Shown here: piece by piece, positions 1 through 12,544 of the stretch
Position numbering within the stretch: the first letter of the stretch is position 1
Layout: every line of letters begins with the position of its first letter
NCBI RefSeq assembly: GCF_006345805.1
Contig: NC_043011.1
Coordinates: forward strand, 36,344,464-36,408,463
Source of the DNA: Octopus sinensis
Lineage: Eukaryota
Direction of reading: 5' to 3'
Length of the DNA: 64,000 bases
Position numbers and translations under genes: made by a program
Notes under the pieces: model-generated
What the model was told of the DNA's origin: nothing
Databases searched by the model: none
What the model saw: only the letters and a program-made list of their open reading frames with translations

Positions 1-164
1 CACAAATTTTACAACTTGCAAAGTAAATACAGTAATGAACTCGGCACACGGCCTCATGGAGGTCACTGCTAGCTCTCACTATGCCCACAATTATGTGCCA
101 TAATCTGTTGGCACACTACAGAACTAGTCAGGGTATTTTTGAAAGCCACCTCATATATACATAT

Positions 165-320
165 ACAACAGTCCCTGTTTTAGTTTCTATCAATAAAATC
201 CATTCACAAGGTTTCAGTCAGCCTAGAAGACACTTTCACAAAGTGCTGTGCAGTGGGTTTGAACCCAAGGCTACATGGCTGGAAAGCAACCTTCTTAATC
301 ACACAACCATGCTTGTACCA
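165..320 (-). mobile_element. SINE family A, diverged 5' (tRNA-like head) fragment
   Basis: Reverse complement resembles the GGCTGTGTGGTAAG...GGTTC..CCCACTGC..GGCACCTTGGGCAAGTG head seen in >12 other copies in this window. Confidence 0.6.
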
Positions 321-717
321 ATAGTGCCAAAATTCTAGCGTAGAGATTATAAATAGGATTGGAAATTGGAAATAAGTGGTGACACTAAACAGATTAAAAC
401 AGTCAAATCCATTGCCCAGTTACCAAACTGAACCAGCCTTACATCTTAGCATGTAACTGTTCCTAATTAATTCCACCAACATGGTACAGTGTCTCTCATC
501 TACTTTGCAAATGAACCAAAAGTTTCCCTGTCCAGGAATATCTTGTCATTTTCAATTATAAGATGCAAATTGCAATTTATTAAATATATCACAGATTCTA
601 TTTATGGTGTGCTTTTGCATAAGTTACTGATGGTGCTGAGTATACCCATGCTTGTTATCCTGCATGCATGTGTGAATATATGTATGTGTGTGTGCATGTG
701 CATAAGTCATTCTGGGA

Positions 718-754
718 AGAATATATATATATGTATATATATATTATATATATA

Positions 755-800
<46 letters not shown>

Positions 801-952
801 GTATATATATATGTATATATATGTATATATATATTATATGTATATATATGTATATATATATATATGTATATATATGTATATATATATGTATATGTATATA
901 TATGTATGTATATGTATGTATGTATATATGTATGTATTTATGTCCATATGTA
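718..952. repeat. (TA)n/(TATG)n microsatellite
   Basis: Direct reading; explains the YI/IY-rich ORFs 489..989 and 668..979. Confidence 0.95.
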
Positions 953-1629
953 TGTTTATATCAAAGACCGTTTGAGTAAAGGCTTGTGAAGTGATGTTCA
1001 AACTTTTAGGTTTGTGTTCATGTGTGTTCGTGTGAGTACATGTGTTTGTGATTAATTGGATCCCGAGTTTTCTATCAGTCTATGACATCCATTCATCTAA
1101 TAACCAAGATACACATATATTTGCATACATTTATACATAGATTGAAACAGGCACATGCACACATGGAAATAATATATGTACATAAATATACATAATAGAT
1201 ATAAATATATGTAATCATCATCATCAATTAACGTCTATTTATATATATATATATATATATATAGATAGATAGATATATAGATATATAGATATATACATGT
1301 ACATATATGCAAATGTATGTATATAAGTATAAATGTATGTATGTGTGTCAGCCTTTTGTTATATATATGAAGTATGTTTCTAACTTTGCATGCATATATT
1401 ATGGAAATATTTTATGCTTGACATCTAAAAATCTATCTATCTATCATCTATATCCGTGAACATACATGAAGAACTCTCTCTCTCTCTCACACACATACAT
1501 ACTTGCATACATACACACACACATATATATATGCAGATATATTGGTTGAAGGCTAATTATTTCATACATACATATCATTCACTGTTATGTGAGATTCTTA
1601 AGAATTAAACAAGTAGAGTCAATTGATAC

Positions 1630-1686
1630 CACACACACACACACACACATACACACATACACACATACTCACACACAGATAGATAG

Positions 1687-1752
<66 letters not shown>

Positions 1753-1763
1753 TAGATAGATAG

Positions 1764-1822
<59 letters not shown>

Positions 1823-1825
1823 CTG
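1630..1825. repeat. (CA)n + (GATA/GACA)n compound microsatellite
   Basis: Direct reading; explains the SIYL-repeat ORFs. Confidence 0.95.
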
Positions 1826-2137
1826 TACATATATACACATAAATAGCTTAGAGCATCCAAGAACGATACAAAAGGGAAACAGTCTGATCTTAAAACTGGG
1901 AGGGGTTGTATTGTGTTATGAAATTAATAGGTAATAATAGAATAGCAATAATAGACAAAGAACATAAAAAAGTGTAAATGAGTGTATTTGATAAAAGAAA
2001 CAAGAAGAAAGCTAAGACTGATACATTAAATTTAATTTGGGCAATCCACTGTCATACTGTCATGTCTTATATATTAGATGTCTAGTTTATAAGTTTGTCT
2101 TATGGCTACACGGATTATCACTGAAGTTATCCTTATA

Positions 2138-2179
<42 letters not shown>

Positions 2180-3149
2180 ATGTGTATATATATATATATA
2201 TATATGTATGTATATATATATATATAACCAAGAAAAAAGCAACAAGAATGATGCTTTTTTCTTGGTTATAATCACCCCATATAATTTTATGGTTAATACC
2301 ATAAATAATTCTGGTCCATCTAAGTTAAGTACCATATTCATTTGAATTCATTTGAATTCATTTGAATCTTAATTTGTTTTGCTGAAATTATATATGTATA
2401 TATATATGCACACACATATAGAAAGTAGAGAATACATGCACAGGATAATCAATTTATATATTATCATAGCTAATTCATATTGCCTATGCTCCCATCTATA
2501 TTTACATATTTAAAGTGCATTATGAAGTTGAAACCTCCTCAGCACAAATTGACTGATATTTGTTACATCCTAACAGATGTAGAGTTTATTTCAATTAAAT
2601 TGCATCATGTGTGTCTTGGATTCTGTTCTAAAAATAGCCAGAGGTTGATTTTGACCTTACTGGACAAGAGATGGGCATAGTTCAGAAGAACTAGGTCATG
2701 TTACTATTTACCCCTTTGGTAGTGATGATCAGCTGTTTACAAGCTAGTCATTACCTTCCAACTTATTCAGTATATCTGTAACACCTATTCGTACTATTCC
2801 TCATGTCCATAAAACAGTCTTCTATGCTCTTATTATTGATAAAATATATCTAGGTATGTACTCAATTGTTACTTTTACTTATTTGTTTATGTAATTATTT
2901 TTTGTAAAATTTATTATATTAGTGACTATTAAAATAGTTATTTATCTAGATATATTAGTTGATAGTTTGGTTCTTACATATATTTGGCTATTTAATTTAT
3001 AGTACAGAAGCATGATTCCTACGTATAATACACACAATATTTATTTTTAGCCAAAACTATTTAAATTTATTGAAAGCATGTTTAACTTTAAGAACTATTC
3101 TTAGGTATCATTAAGTATTATTCACACAGTGCTTATTTAATCATATCTA

Positions 3150-5665
3150 TTTTAATTTATTGAATGTATATTTAACTTTATGAACAATAGAGTTCTCTTT
3201 CCCTCTTACTGTTGATTAATTTATGTTTTAATGTAAGAATCTAGTAAATTTTAGCAATGCAAAGTTCACATCTTTTGTTCCCAACGCTATAAGATGTTGT
3301 TCGGCTAATTATTTCCCACTTAAGACTATCGTCCTTATTTTTATCTTTAATCACCTAAATTAGTTTACTTAGACTGCTGTTATCCTCTTTTTTTCCTCTC
3401 CCTACAGGTATTTTCATGATTAGCTACCCTTTTTATATTATTTTCCATAGAACCTATATAATAATAATTCTGATCCTCAGATATTACCTTACTCCTATGT
3501 ATTTCACCTTTTTCCTTTTTCCCTACAAAAAAGATTTTAATGGACATCGTTTTCCTTCGGTACAATCACAATTTTTATTTTTAGGAGCATTCCGTTTCCT
3601 TACTAATAATGTTGTGCTTGCATTCTTTGTCTTCTGGGATATCCTCATTATATTTATTTTCTATGTTAAGAGTCTTTACTGTTACTCTATCTACTTTGTC
3701 ACTGTTTTTGCTACCCATCTTAATACTTTTTATTATTTTCTTTTTTATGTTCGTTGCTACTATTATAAATACTAGTATTTATATTTATATTATTAATATT
3801 TTTATTTATATTATCATTTTTATTGTTAGTATTACACTTATTGCTTCTTCCTTTTACAGATTGTATGTTTATATGTTTAGCTTCTTGCGGGGAGTCCTTA
3901 AGAGTTACCTTCCTTCATTCGTTTGTCATGTACCTCATATTGTCATTGAATTTGTGGCCATTTTTGTTATTAAATATTTCGCTCTTATTTTCTTTACTCC
4001 TATTATAGTAGAAATCATTTAATCTTTTATTATTTTGTACAACAATAATTTGAGCTATGCTTTTTTGTTATGCAAAACCAGCCCTTAATCTGTGCAAGTA
4101 TATTATTTTATGGTATTTATTTTTCTCTGAAAAATGCTTTGAGACTGCTCTGTAGAATAGTTTCACTATATTAGTTCTAACTTTTTTGCAAAAGGTATTA
4201 TGAACCATATTATATTATTTTTAGAATGATTGTTATGGAAGTTAACTTCATTTATGCATGGGGTGTAATATTTTACAGAATTGATATGAATATTGCCATT
4301 TAGCTTTTCAATCCCTTCCTTTTGTTGTTTATTGTCCTATTTTGATTTGTGTTTATAAAGTCATAATTACTATTATAGTGTTTTGTCTTTGGCTTCATTT
4401 CCCTCTTTTTACCTTTGATTTTTTATCGGTTCCTTACTGTTTCCATCTTTGTTGTACGTGTTTGATTTATTTTCATTAGCTATGTTTCTTGATGTTTTTA
4501 CTTGTATTATTCTTATCTGATTTCTATCCTATTCTATCTATATTCTTTTTTATCTTTATCTTTATTTATTTCTATGTTAATATCACTTTTCCAAATCTTG
4601 TTTGGTGTATTGTTCCTATTTCTTGATTTTACGCTTGATCTAAAGAATTTTAACTTTTGTTTGTGGCCAGCTCTACTTAGTGTGATGTTAAAATAATCTA
4701 CATTCTGTTTAAAGCGTTCCTCATTTGCCGATAGATTTTAAATTCTCGCTTATATCTTTTCAACTAATTTATGTGTAATATTTCTTGGATTGTTACTGTT
4801 TAACGTTCATGTATCTTAGACTAGTGTTTGCTTTATGGCATGGTTCATATTTAATTGTTTCTAGATCTAGATTAATGTCTAAGAACTTGACAGATTTATG
4901 TTCCTTTATGATAGCAGCAGATATCCCTATATTCTTGAAAAATTTATAAAATCTCTTTTTATATATTTCTAATGTCTTATTGGAGGTGTTATTCAGGGTC
5001 AAAAGTGTGTCATCCCTGTATAGTCCTGCTCCGAGTTCCAGAAATTCCTTACCTAAGTTAAATAATATATATATTCCCACCAAATCTGTAACCTGGGTTG
5101 AGTCAGCAGATCCCATTGTTATGTTGAAGCTATCATTAGTGTCTTTCTTTACCCAGTATTTGTTATCGAATTTTATAATAGATTTCCTAGCTGCTAATAT
5201 TATATTTATTTTGTTCATATTAAGATTTGAATTCTTTTTGACAAACAAGATGGCCTGATTGAGCTGTATAGAGTTAATAGATGAATAGTAGTTATCAAGA
5301 TCTATTTGCATGAATTTGTAAAACTTTTTTGTTGTCTAATTTATTAAACCAATTTAATACTTCCTGTGAGTTAGATCATAGTTTTAATTTTAATAGGTTT
5401 CTAGGTGCTGGTATACACTTATCAATTACCACTGCTTATTTTTCCTAGGTTGGACTTATCTAGGAATATTAATCTAATGCTAGGGTTACTGCTAAAATTA
5501 GGTTTATGGTCTTTTAAGTTTATTCTAGGTCTGAATGATTCTGTTTTGTCTTCTATCTTATAATTAGTCACTGTTTCCTTTACATTTTTATTAAGCATTT
5601 TGAATGTTATACTATTTCTTAGCTTATAATTTTTAGTTATTTCATTTCTAAGTAAACATACATAC
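3150..5665 (-). mobile_element. Penelope-like retroelement (PLE), decayed RT + GIY-YIG endonuclease ORF
   Basis: Minus-strand translation gives PLE motifs in the expected order: KDHKPNF..NPSIRLI..KSNLGKIS (~5440-5520); DLDNYYSSI, FNITMGSADSTQVTDLVGIYIL, GLYRDD, KFLDINLDL (ORF 4793..5311); SNNP..I..RI.NLSANEE (~4700-4790); IWF..PF.KKVRTNIVK..SKHF (~4130-4210); CDC..RCPL, YYIGSMENNIKR..NH, LSKLI, W.II, CELC, LINSKRE (~3190-3570). It contains in-frame stops and frameshifts. Confidence 0.9.
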
Positions 5666-5794
5666 ACACACACATACACATACATACATACATATATACA
5701 TACAAGCATACATACATACATACATACATACATACATACATACATACACACATAACTCTCTCTATATATATATTTGTGTATGCTCATCATTTTA

Positions 5795-6022
5795 TCTTTT
5801 ACTTGTTTCAGTTCTTTAGACTGCGGCCATGCTGGAGCATCACCTTGAATTTTTAGTCATATGAATCGACCCCAGTACTTATTTTGTATGTCTCATACTT
5901 ATTCTATTGGTCTCCTTTGCCAAACTGCTACATTATGGGGACGTAAACACACCAACGTCAGGTGCCAAGTGGTGATAGGGGAACAAACACAGACACACAC
6001 ACACTCACACAAACACTCACAC

Positions 6023-6059
<37 letters not shown>

Positions 6060-6236
6060 CATGCACATATGTATACAATTGGTTTCTTCCAGTTTCTTTG
6101 TACCAAGTTCACTCACAAGGCTTTGATTGGCCCAAAGTTATAATTGAAGACATTTTTCAAAGGTGCCAGACAGTGGGACTGAACTCAGAATCACGTAGTT
6201 GAGAAGCAAGCTTCTTACCACACAGCCACTCCTGCA
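5795..6236 (-). mobile_element. SINE family A, near full length
   Basis: tRNA-like head at ~6236, internal (TA/CA)n, and the conserved tail GCTCCAGCATGGCCGCAGTC..TGAAACAAGTAAAAG in reverse. Confidence 0.85.
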
Positions 6237-6674
6237 TTTATATAATGTCTTATTCTATTATGTCAGTTACAGTATGCTGATTCCCTCAGTAAATGGCCAG
6301 TAAATTATTTTATTGGTTCCAGTATGATGAAAATAAAACTTGACCCTATTAGGATTTGATCTCAGAAATATAATTACCCAGAACAAGTACTGCAAAGCAT
6401 TTGGTATGATGCAGTGATAATCCTGCCAATTCTGTTCTTTTTGGAGATCCATAATCAATGGAATTCTAACAGCTAAGAATGCTTTTTGATATTTTTAGAT
6501 GCAATGTAACCTTCCTTTGTGATGGTGAAAGGGTTTGCTTTGAACAAGAACCGGTTGTTATTAGTTTATTGTCTGGCCACATAAAGAGTCTGTCACTGGT
6601 TCTTCTGAAACTAAGTTTTTAATGAAGTAGGAAGTATGAAATTACGAGTGCGTGGAAGTACTTGGTGACCCACT

Positions 6675-6970
6675 CAGGGCAGGTACCACTTAAAAGCACC
6701 CAGTCCATACTGTAAAGGTGTTGGTGTTCAGAAGGGCACCCAGCTGCAAAACCTTGCCAAAACTGATCTCGCCTGTGCTTGTGCCACATAAAAAGCACTA
6801 AGTCCACCCTGTTGAGTGGTGTTAGGAAGGGTATCCAGCTGTAAAAATCTTGCCAAAACAGTTACAGAGGTCCGGTGCAGGCCTTGGCCTGACTGGCTCT
6901 TGTGGTACCATCCCACCAATGCTAGCATGGAAAACAGACGTTAAATGATGATGATGATGATGATGATGAT
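6675..6970 (+). mobile_element. Family D element (LINE-tail-derived, (GAT)n tail), 3' part
   Basis: Carries the shared AAAAGCACC subrepeats, GTTAGGAAGGG(C/T)ATCCAGCTGT and CCATGCTAGCATGGAAAAC.GACGTTAAA-(TGA)n tail of ~9 copies in the window. The RTE affiliation is inferred from the tail type. Confidence 0.75.
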
Positions 6971-6971
6971 A

Positions 6972-8150
6972 CCAGACTTTGCAAAAGTCCTGCTACACTC
7001 GGTTTTAGGTCCTTTTAGAGGTTTACATGTGTGATGGAAAAGTGCTGTCAATCTTACTTAATGTTCTGCTTTTCCAACCCTTGTCATTAAAGCATCTTTT
7101 CCATTGTTTGCAGGTGCATCGAGATGGAGGTGAAAAGAATTGAGATCTCTTCTCTCCTGCATGTGAGCCACAACAAATCTGACATCGCTAAGCAGCTCAA
7201 TGTCAGCTGGATGACTGCCCACTGAGGCATGGAGAGGCTCAAGAATGGGAAAGATCTCAAAGACTGCACAAGTTATTAACCGTTTAGCTGTGCGAAAGGC
7301 CTTCAAAAGTGATCTGAAGCGCAAAATGACTGCACTCACAAAGAAAACAAAATCTCGGTGGCCACAGTGTCCAAGGCCATCACGGAGATGTGTCATTGTT
7401 TTCATAATGTCTTGAAGTGTCATGATTATCAAATTCTAATTTTTTATGATGAAAAATCCTTCACAGTTGACTTGGTCATCAACAAGCAGAACAACCATAT
7501 GGTTAGCTTCAACCAGGACATCTAGGTCTGGTACATATCCACGATCAAATACCCAGCCTCTGTGATGATGCATGGCTTCGTGGCTTCGAATGGCAAAAAG
7601 ATACCGCTAGTGTGGTTTGCAGCTGGTTATAGGCTCACCACAGCTGACTACAGGACATCTTAGCCATGAAAGTCCTGCCCTGTGCCAGAAAGATCATGAA
7701 GAAGGCAGACTACATCTTTCAGCAGGATGGTGCCCTAGCCCACACAGACAAGGCCATGCAAGAGTGGTTGGGGTCAAACGTGAACTTCTAGTTGAAGGAC
7801 TTTTGGCTGCCACAGTCACACAACTTCAACCTCCTCAACTACAGTATGTGGGTGTATGTCAAGAGCAAAGCCTGCAAGGTTTACCACAGCAACATCGGCA
7901 AGCTGAAGTCTTCTATCAACTGTGTGTGGACCAACATGAGGACGGACATAGTCTGCATTGTGTGCGTGGCCTTCAGCTCTTACCTGGAGTATGTGCTCCC
8001 TGCTGAGGGTAGCTACATTGATCAATATTGATATTTAATCACAATTTATATGTTAAAACAATGAAATTGTTTCTAACTGCGTCAAACTTATTAGCGTGTC
8101 CTTTACTGCGAGCATTCTAACCAGTGCAACAGGCCTTTTGCAAAGGCTAG
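6972..8150 (+). mobile_element. Tc1/mariner DNA transposon, maT/DD37D-like, full length but pseudogenised
   Basis: ~32-bp imperfect TIRs (CCAGACTTTGCAAAAGTCCTG.. / ..CAGGCCTTTTGCAAAGGCTAG) with TA at 6970-71 and 8151-52. The transposase starts at ATG 7124 (MEVKRIEISSLL..HTH) and has FYDEKSFT..NKQN, TKYPASVM, FQQDGALAH and W.PQS..FN.L.YSMW, ending at 8031, with stops and frameshifts. Confidence 0.93.
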
Positions 8151-8402
8151 TAAGGCCACAGCGTACCTGAAATAATGTGTCCTTCCATTTTTAAGAAGGT
8201 AAACAGTTAATTTCAAAGGAGTTAATTTCTAGCAGCCAGGTATCATACCCTATCACTTGCTATTTCTTGTAGATCACTCAATCAACTGATGTCTCTCTCA
8301 TTGGCTGAAAGCCAAAATGATATTTGACCCATGTAAAATGTGGCACTTGTATATTCATATGGGTATGAGTGTGAGCATGTGTTTGTGTGCACATTTAAAC
8401 AC

Positions 8403-8830
8403 ATGACTGTGTGGTTACGAACACATGGGGTTTCAGGTTCGATCCCATCTTCAGCACATTGGGGAAGTGTCTTCTATTATAGCCCTGGGCTGACCAATGC
8501 CTTGGGAGTGAATTTGGCAGATGACAAGTGTGCAAACCCATCATGTGTGTGTATGCATGTGTGTATGTATGTGTGTGTATGCATGTATGTGTGTGTCTTT
8601 ACGTCTATATTTGCCCCCTCATATTCCTTGACAATTGGAGTTAGTTTGTTTACATCCCCAAAACTTACCAAAACTTACCAGTTTGATATCAAAGAATATG
8701 CACCAGACTTAAAAATAACAACAAAAAAAAGTATTGTGTTTGATTTATTTGACTAAACCTTTCTTTGGTAATGCCCCAGCATGGGCACAGCGAAATAAGT
8801 GTAACAACTGAAAGGATAAAAGGCAAGAGA
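8403..8830 (+). mobile_element. SINE family A, diverged copy
   Basis: Head GACTGTGTGGTTA..GGTTCGATCCC, internal (TG)n, tail CCCCAGCATGG..ACTGAAAGGATAAAAG. Confidence 0.7.
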
Positions 8831-10301
8831 TAAAAGACAAATGATTAAAGATATCTGTGTGCACGCATGTACCTGTGTGAGATGTGCAAGTGACACAAAG
8901 TTATCTTCACGTCTCTGTATTTACTAATAAATTGCCCTTATTGATCTTATCACTTAACTTTGAGTGAACATTTTTCAAGCTAAAAGTAACCCTATACTTC
9001 AAAACATTTGAAAATATTCTGAACTGAAATAAAAGTGAAAGTGTGGAAGTGAATTATTTGATATTTCCATGTACTGACATGAACTACTCTTTTATTGACA
9101 GGTGGAATACAATTTAATCTCACAGAGATCTATCTTTGAAACATCAACTATACAAACGCACATACTCACACATACACACATTACATTTCGTTTTATTTCA
9201 TCAAAAGAGTGTTTCAGTCATGTAAGGGTTAACACTGGTGAATTAAACATGCAGCTAGTCGATCCTCTCTTTAGAGTTTTTCTTTTATTATTTCATATAA
9301 AAGTCAGGTATGGAGAGTTGAATGTGATCTGCTATCAGTTTCTAACATAGGTAGAAGGCCATAATTTTTTTTCCGTGTAGAAAGTCTAGCATAGACGTTT
9401 GTATTGACTCTTGTAGAGATTGCCACTTTATATTTTATTGACTCATAGAAGGGTGGAAAGCAAAGTTAACTACATCATGATTTGAACTTGGAGCATAAAG
9501 GGTCGTAAATGATAGAGAAATATGTTTTGTTTGATGCCCTAACAATTCTACTAAATCACAGGATATTTAAAAAATGGTAAATCTTATCTTTAAATAATGA
9601 AGTGAGTATCAATACTTATAATGTGGAGCACATTATGACTAAATCTATATTGAGGAAAGGTAAACCTTGCTGAGCAATGTTTAAAGCAACCAAATATAAT
9701 TAAGGTATACAGCTGCAGATAAAAAGATTGAAAAAAAAGGAAAGAAATTATTAAAATGGGTTCAAACATCAGAGGCTTAAGTAATTAAGATTAATTAATT
9801 AATCAATGCACTGAGGCAAGAAAAATTGTGATCTTTAGCAGACTGGAATGACAACTCCAGACATGTTTCAATCTTATTTGACCTCATCAGAAAAGTATAA
9901 TCATTTACATGCCTGTCTGCCAAGTCATTTGAGTGGAAGTTCTGTGTGTGTGTGTGTGTGTGTTTGTGTGAATACATATAAACAACAAGTAGCTATTTAA
10001 CTCGCTATGTGAATGTGTGCACACCAAACCATATGTGTGTGTATGCTTGCATTTTTGTGGATCTTGTATGAGCAAGTGTACACATGCCATGGAGCTTGCA
10101 TGTTGGTGTGTATACATCCATATCTGTTAATGGTTATTTTTAATACTTTTCTTGCTGTATTGCATGTTCTTTTCTGCATTGCATCTGTGATTTTATTCCT
10201 GGTCTTCTGTATAAATGAAGATATTTCCTTTGTTTTGCTGCTTCTAATTTCTACAAAATAAGAAGATATATTGCAGAACTGTTATTTTAATAAGTTGTGT
10301 C

Positions 10302-10417
10302 TATTTATCACCTGATGAGATACATCTGCACCACAGGATGCTCCTGAAACAGTCGTTAAGTGTCCCACCTTTGAGGGATCTATGCTAGATGTGTCGAAAC
10401 AATTGTCATGATTAATA
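10302..10417 (+). ncRNA. Type I hammerhead ribozyme fold with large stem II domain (PLE terminal-repeat remnant)
   Basis: Core CUGAUGA 10312-18; stem II GAUACAUCU 10319-27 / AGAUGUGUC 10387-95; GAAA 10396-99; palindromic stem III ACAAUUGU; GUC triplet 10405-07; stem I UAUUUAUCAC / AUGAUUAAUA with 2 mismatches. Confidence 0.72.
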
Positions 10418-10555
10418 ATAAATTCTTGTATATTCCATCTTCCGTCTTTTATTCACCATATACATAGCGAATACTGTAAAAGTGACCGCGCTTTACCAGT
10501 AAGCTACCAGGTGTAAACCATTAATCCTATCATCTAATATATATATATATATATT

Positions 10556-10795
10556 TGAGGGCGGCAAGATGGCAGAATTATTAGCATGCTGGACGAAATG
10601 CTTAGCAGTATTTCATCTGCCATTACATTTTGAGTTCAACTTCCACCATGGTCACTTTGCCTTTCATTATTTCAGGGTCAATTAAACAAGTACCAATTAT
10701 GCACTGAGGTCGATGTAATTGACTTAATCCCTTTGTCTGTCCTTGTTTGTTCCCTCTATGTTTAGCCCCTTGTGGACAATAAAGAAATATATATA
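10556..10795 (+). mobile_element. SINE family B
   Basis: GGCGG..GGCAGAA..TTAGCA..GAAATGCTTAGC..TTTGAGTTCAA..TTTGCCTTTCA..AGTACCA..CCCCTTGTGG..AATAAAGAAAT, shared with >10 copies in the window. Confidence 0.85.
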
Positions 10796-11253
10796 TTTTT
10801 AGTTTCAGCTCAGAGCTGTGGCGAAACTGGGGCAGCACCGTTTTGTTATACTGCAATTATTGAGATACTCCTCTGATATGTGGCATTTGGTGAATAAGGG
10901 AGTTTGATGTTGTTACCCTCATTTGCACCTCTTGCCGTGAGGTAGGTTCATCTGGGACTCTCGACAGGAAGAGGTCCAGTTTTGATTTGAAAACGCCTAC
11001 TCTTTTACTCTTTTACTTGTTTCAGTCATTTGACTGCGATCATGCTGGGGCACCACCCTTAGCCATGCAAATCAACTGCAGATTTTATTCTGTGCAAGCC
11101 TAGAACTTATTCTATCGGTCTATTTTGCTGAACCTCTAAGTTACAGGGACGTAAACACACCAGCATCGGTTGTCAAGCAATGTTGAGGGACAAACACAGA
11201 CAAACAAACATATACACACACACACACACACAAAAGCACACACACACACACAC

Positions 11254-11956
11254 ATATATATAAAACTCAACTTGCGTGTCTGTGTGTGTATCTGTGTGTT
11301 TAACTTCCCAGCACATCTCCTAGCCAACAAAGTGTAGAACAACCAAAAACGGGTCACTTAAAGTTTAGGTGAATGAAAATTGAACTGCGCTATTTCTGTT
11401 CTGAAATTCATCTCGCAAGTGCAAAAATCGATAATGTGCTTGTTTAGGCCTTATCCCATGCATTGAATAGTGAACTTTACTCAGTGAGCTGTTTGACGTG
11501 AACTGTGTTCACCATGCGTGCAAGTATGCATAAATTGCATGAAAAATAAAAAATCAAGATATAAAAACGAATCGCCGTAAACATTGTAGAAATTCGGCAA
11601 AGAAATGAATTTTCGAGATGTAGCCTGGAGGGTTTTTTTGTATTAATCGTTTGGACTTTGTGAACACATACCAATTATTTTCATAACATTTTTAACGCTT
11701 TGAATTAAATGTGACCATTTTGCGTTGAGTCTGCAGTTTGAATCACTTTCACTAAATTTTAGCAGGCCGGATTTTTGATCATCACGATACATCGCCAGCG
11801 ATTCCCTGAAACTCTCCCCTGAAATCCGCGTTGAGAAATCTATATATATAAAACTCAACTTGTGTGTCTGTGTGTGTATCTGTGTGTGTGTCTGTGTGTT
11901 TAACTTTTGGATCTACCAAGTTTCATTATTAAGGATGGAAAGTAGTGTGTAGCAAA
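11254..11956 (+). mobile_element. Two related non-autonomous Helitron-like 5' segments in tandem
   Basis: The same (TC)TATATATATAAAACTCAACTTG.GTGTCTGTGTGTGTATCTGTGTG start occurs at ~11254 and at 11839 (A|TC junction). No 3' CTAG end is seen. Confidence 0.65.
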
Positions 11957-12344
11957 TCTATATATATAAAGCTGAAGTTGTCTGTGTGTGGCAGGTTTGG
12001 TAGCCTTCAACTAACTCTATCTCTTTCGAGACCTGTAGCACAAGTTGACCAAAATTGAGAGCGTGATAGAAGAAGGCTTGATCTTAATTCTGTAGAAGAT
12101 AAAATTCAAATCGGACCATGTTAACACCAAAAATTATTTACATCAAAAGGGTGCTTTTTTTCTTTGAAAATCCCGATTTTTTACGATTTTTGACTGCTGT
12201 GTCACCATTTCTCGGTGTATATCAACTGGAAAAATGTTCACTTGAAGAGAATAACAAGTTGCATAAGGCAAAATTTTTACTTTTCAAAAATTCCAATTCT
12301 AAAGGGTCGAAACAAACCCAAGCATCACCGGGTGATACTGTTAG
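11957..12344 (+). mobile_element. Non-autonomous Helitron, complete (~388 bp)
   Basis: Starts A|TCTATATATATAAAG. Ends with a subterminal hairpin ACCC..CACCGGGT (12316-33) and TTAG|T (CTAG variant), at an A|T target without TSD. Confidence 0.8.
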
Positions 12345-12544
12345 TATATATATATATATACGATGGGCTTCTCCCAGTTTCCGTCTACCAAATCCACTCA
12401 CAAGGCTTTGGTCAGCTTGGGGCCATAGTAGAAGTCACTTGCCCAAGGTGCCACACAGTGGGACTGAACTCAGGACCATGTGGTTGATAAGCAAGCTACT
12501 TACAATACAGCCATTCCTGCACCTACGTTCATTTTCTGTAGGTC

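Larger units (their letters stand above)
11000..12522 (-). mobile_element. SINE family A copy split by a Helitron cluster
   Basis: The 3' half lies at ~11000-11253 and the 5' half at 12345-12522. They are collinear and interrupted inside the internal (CA/TA)n tract. Confidence 0.8.
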
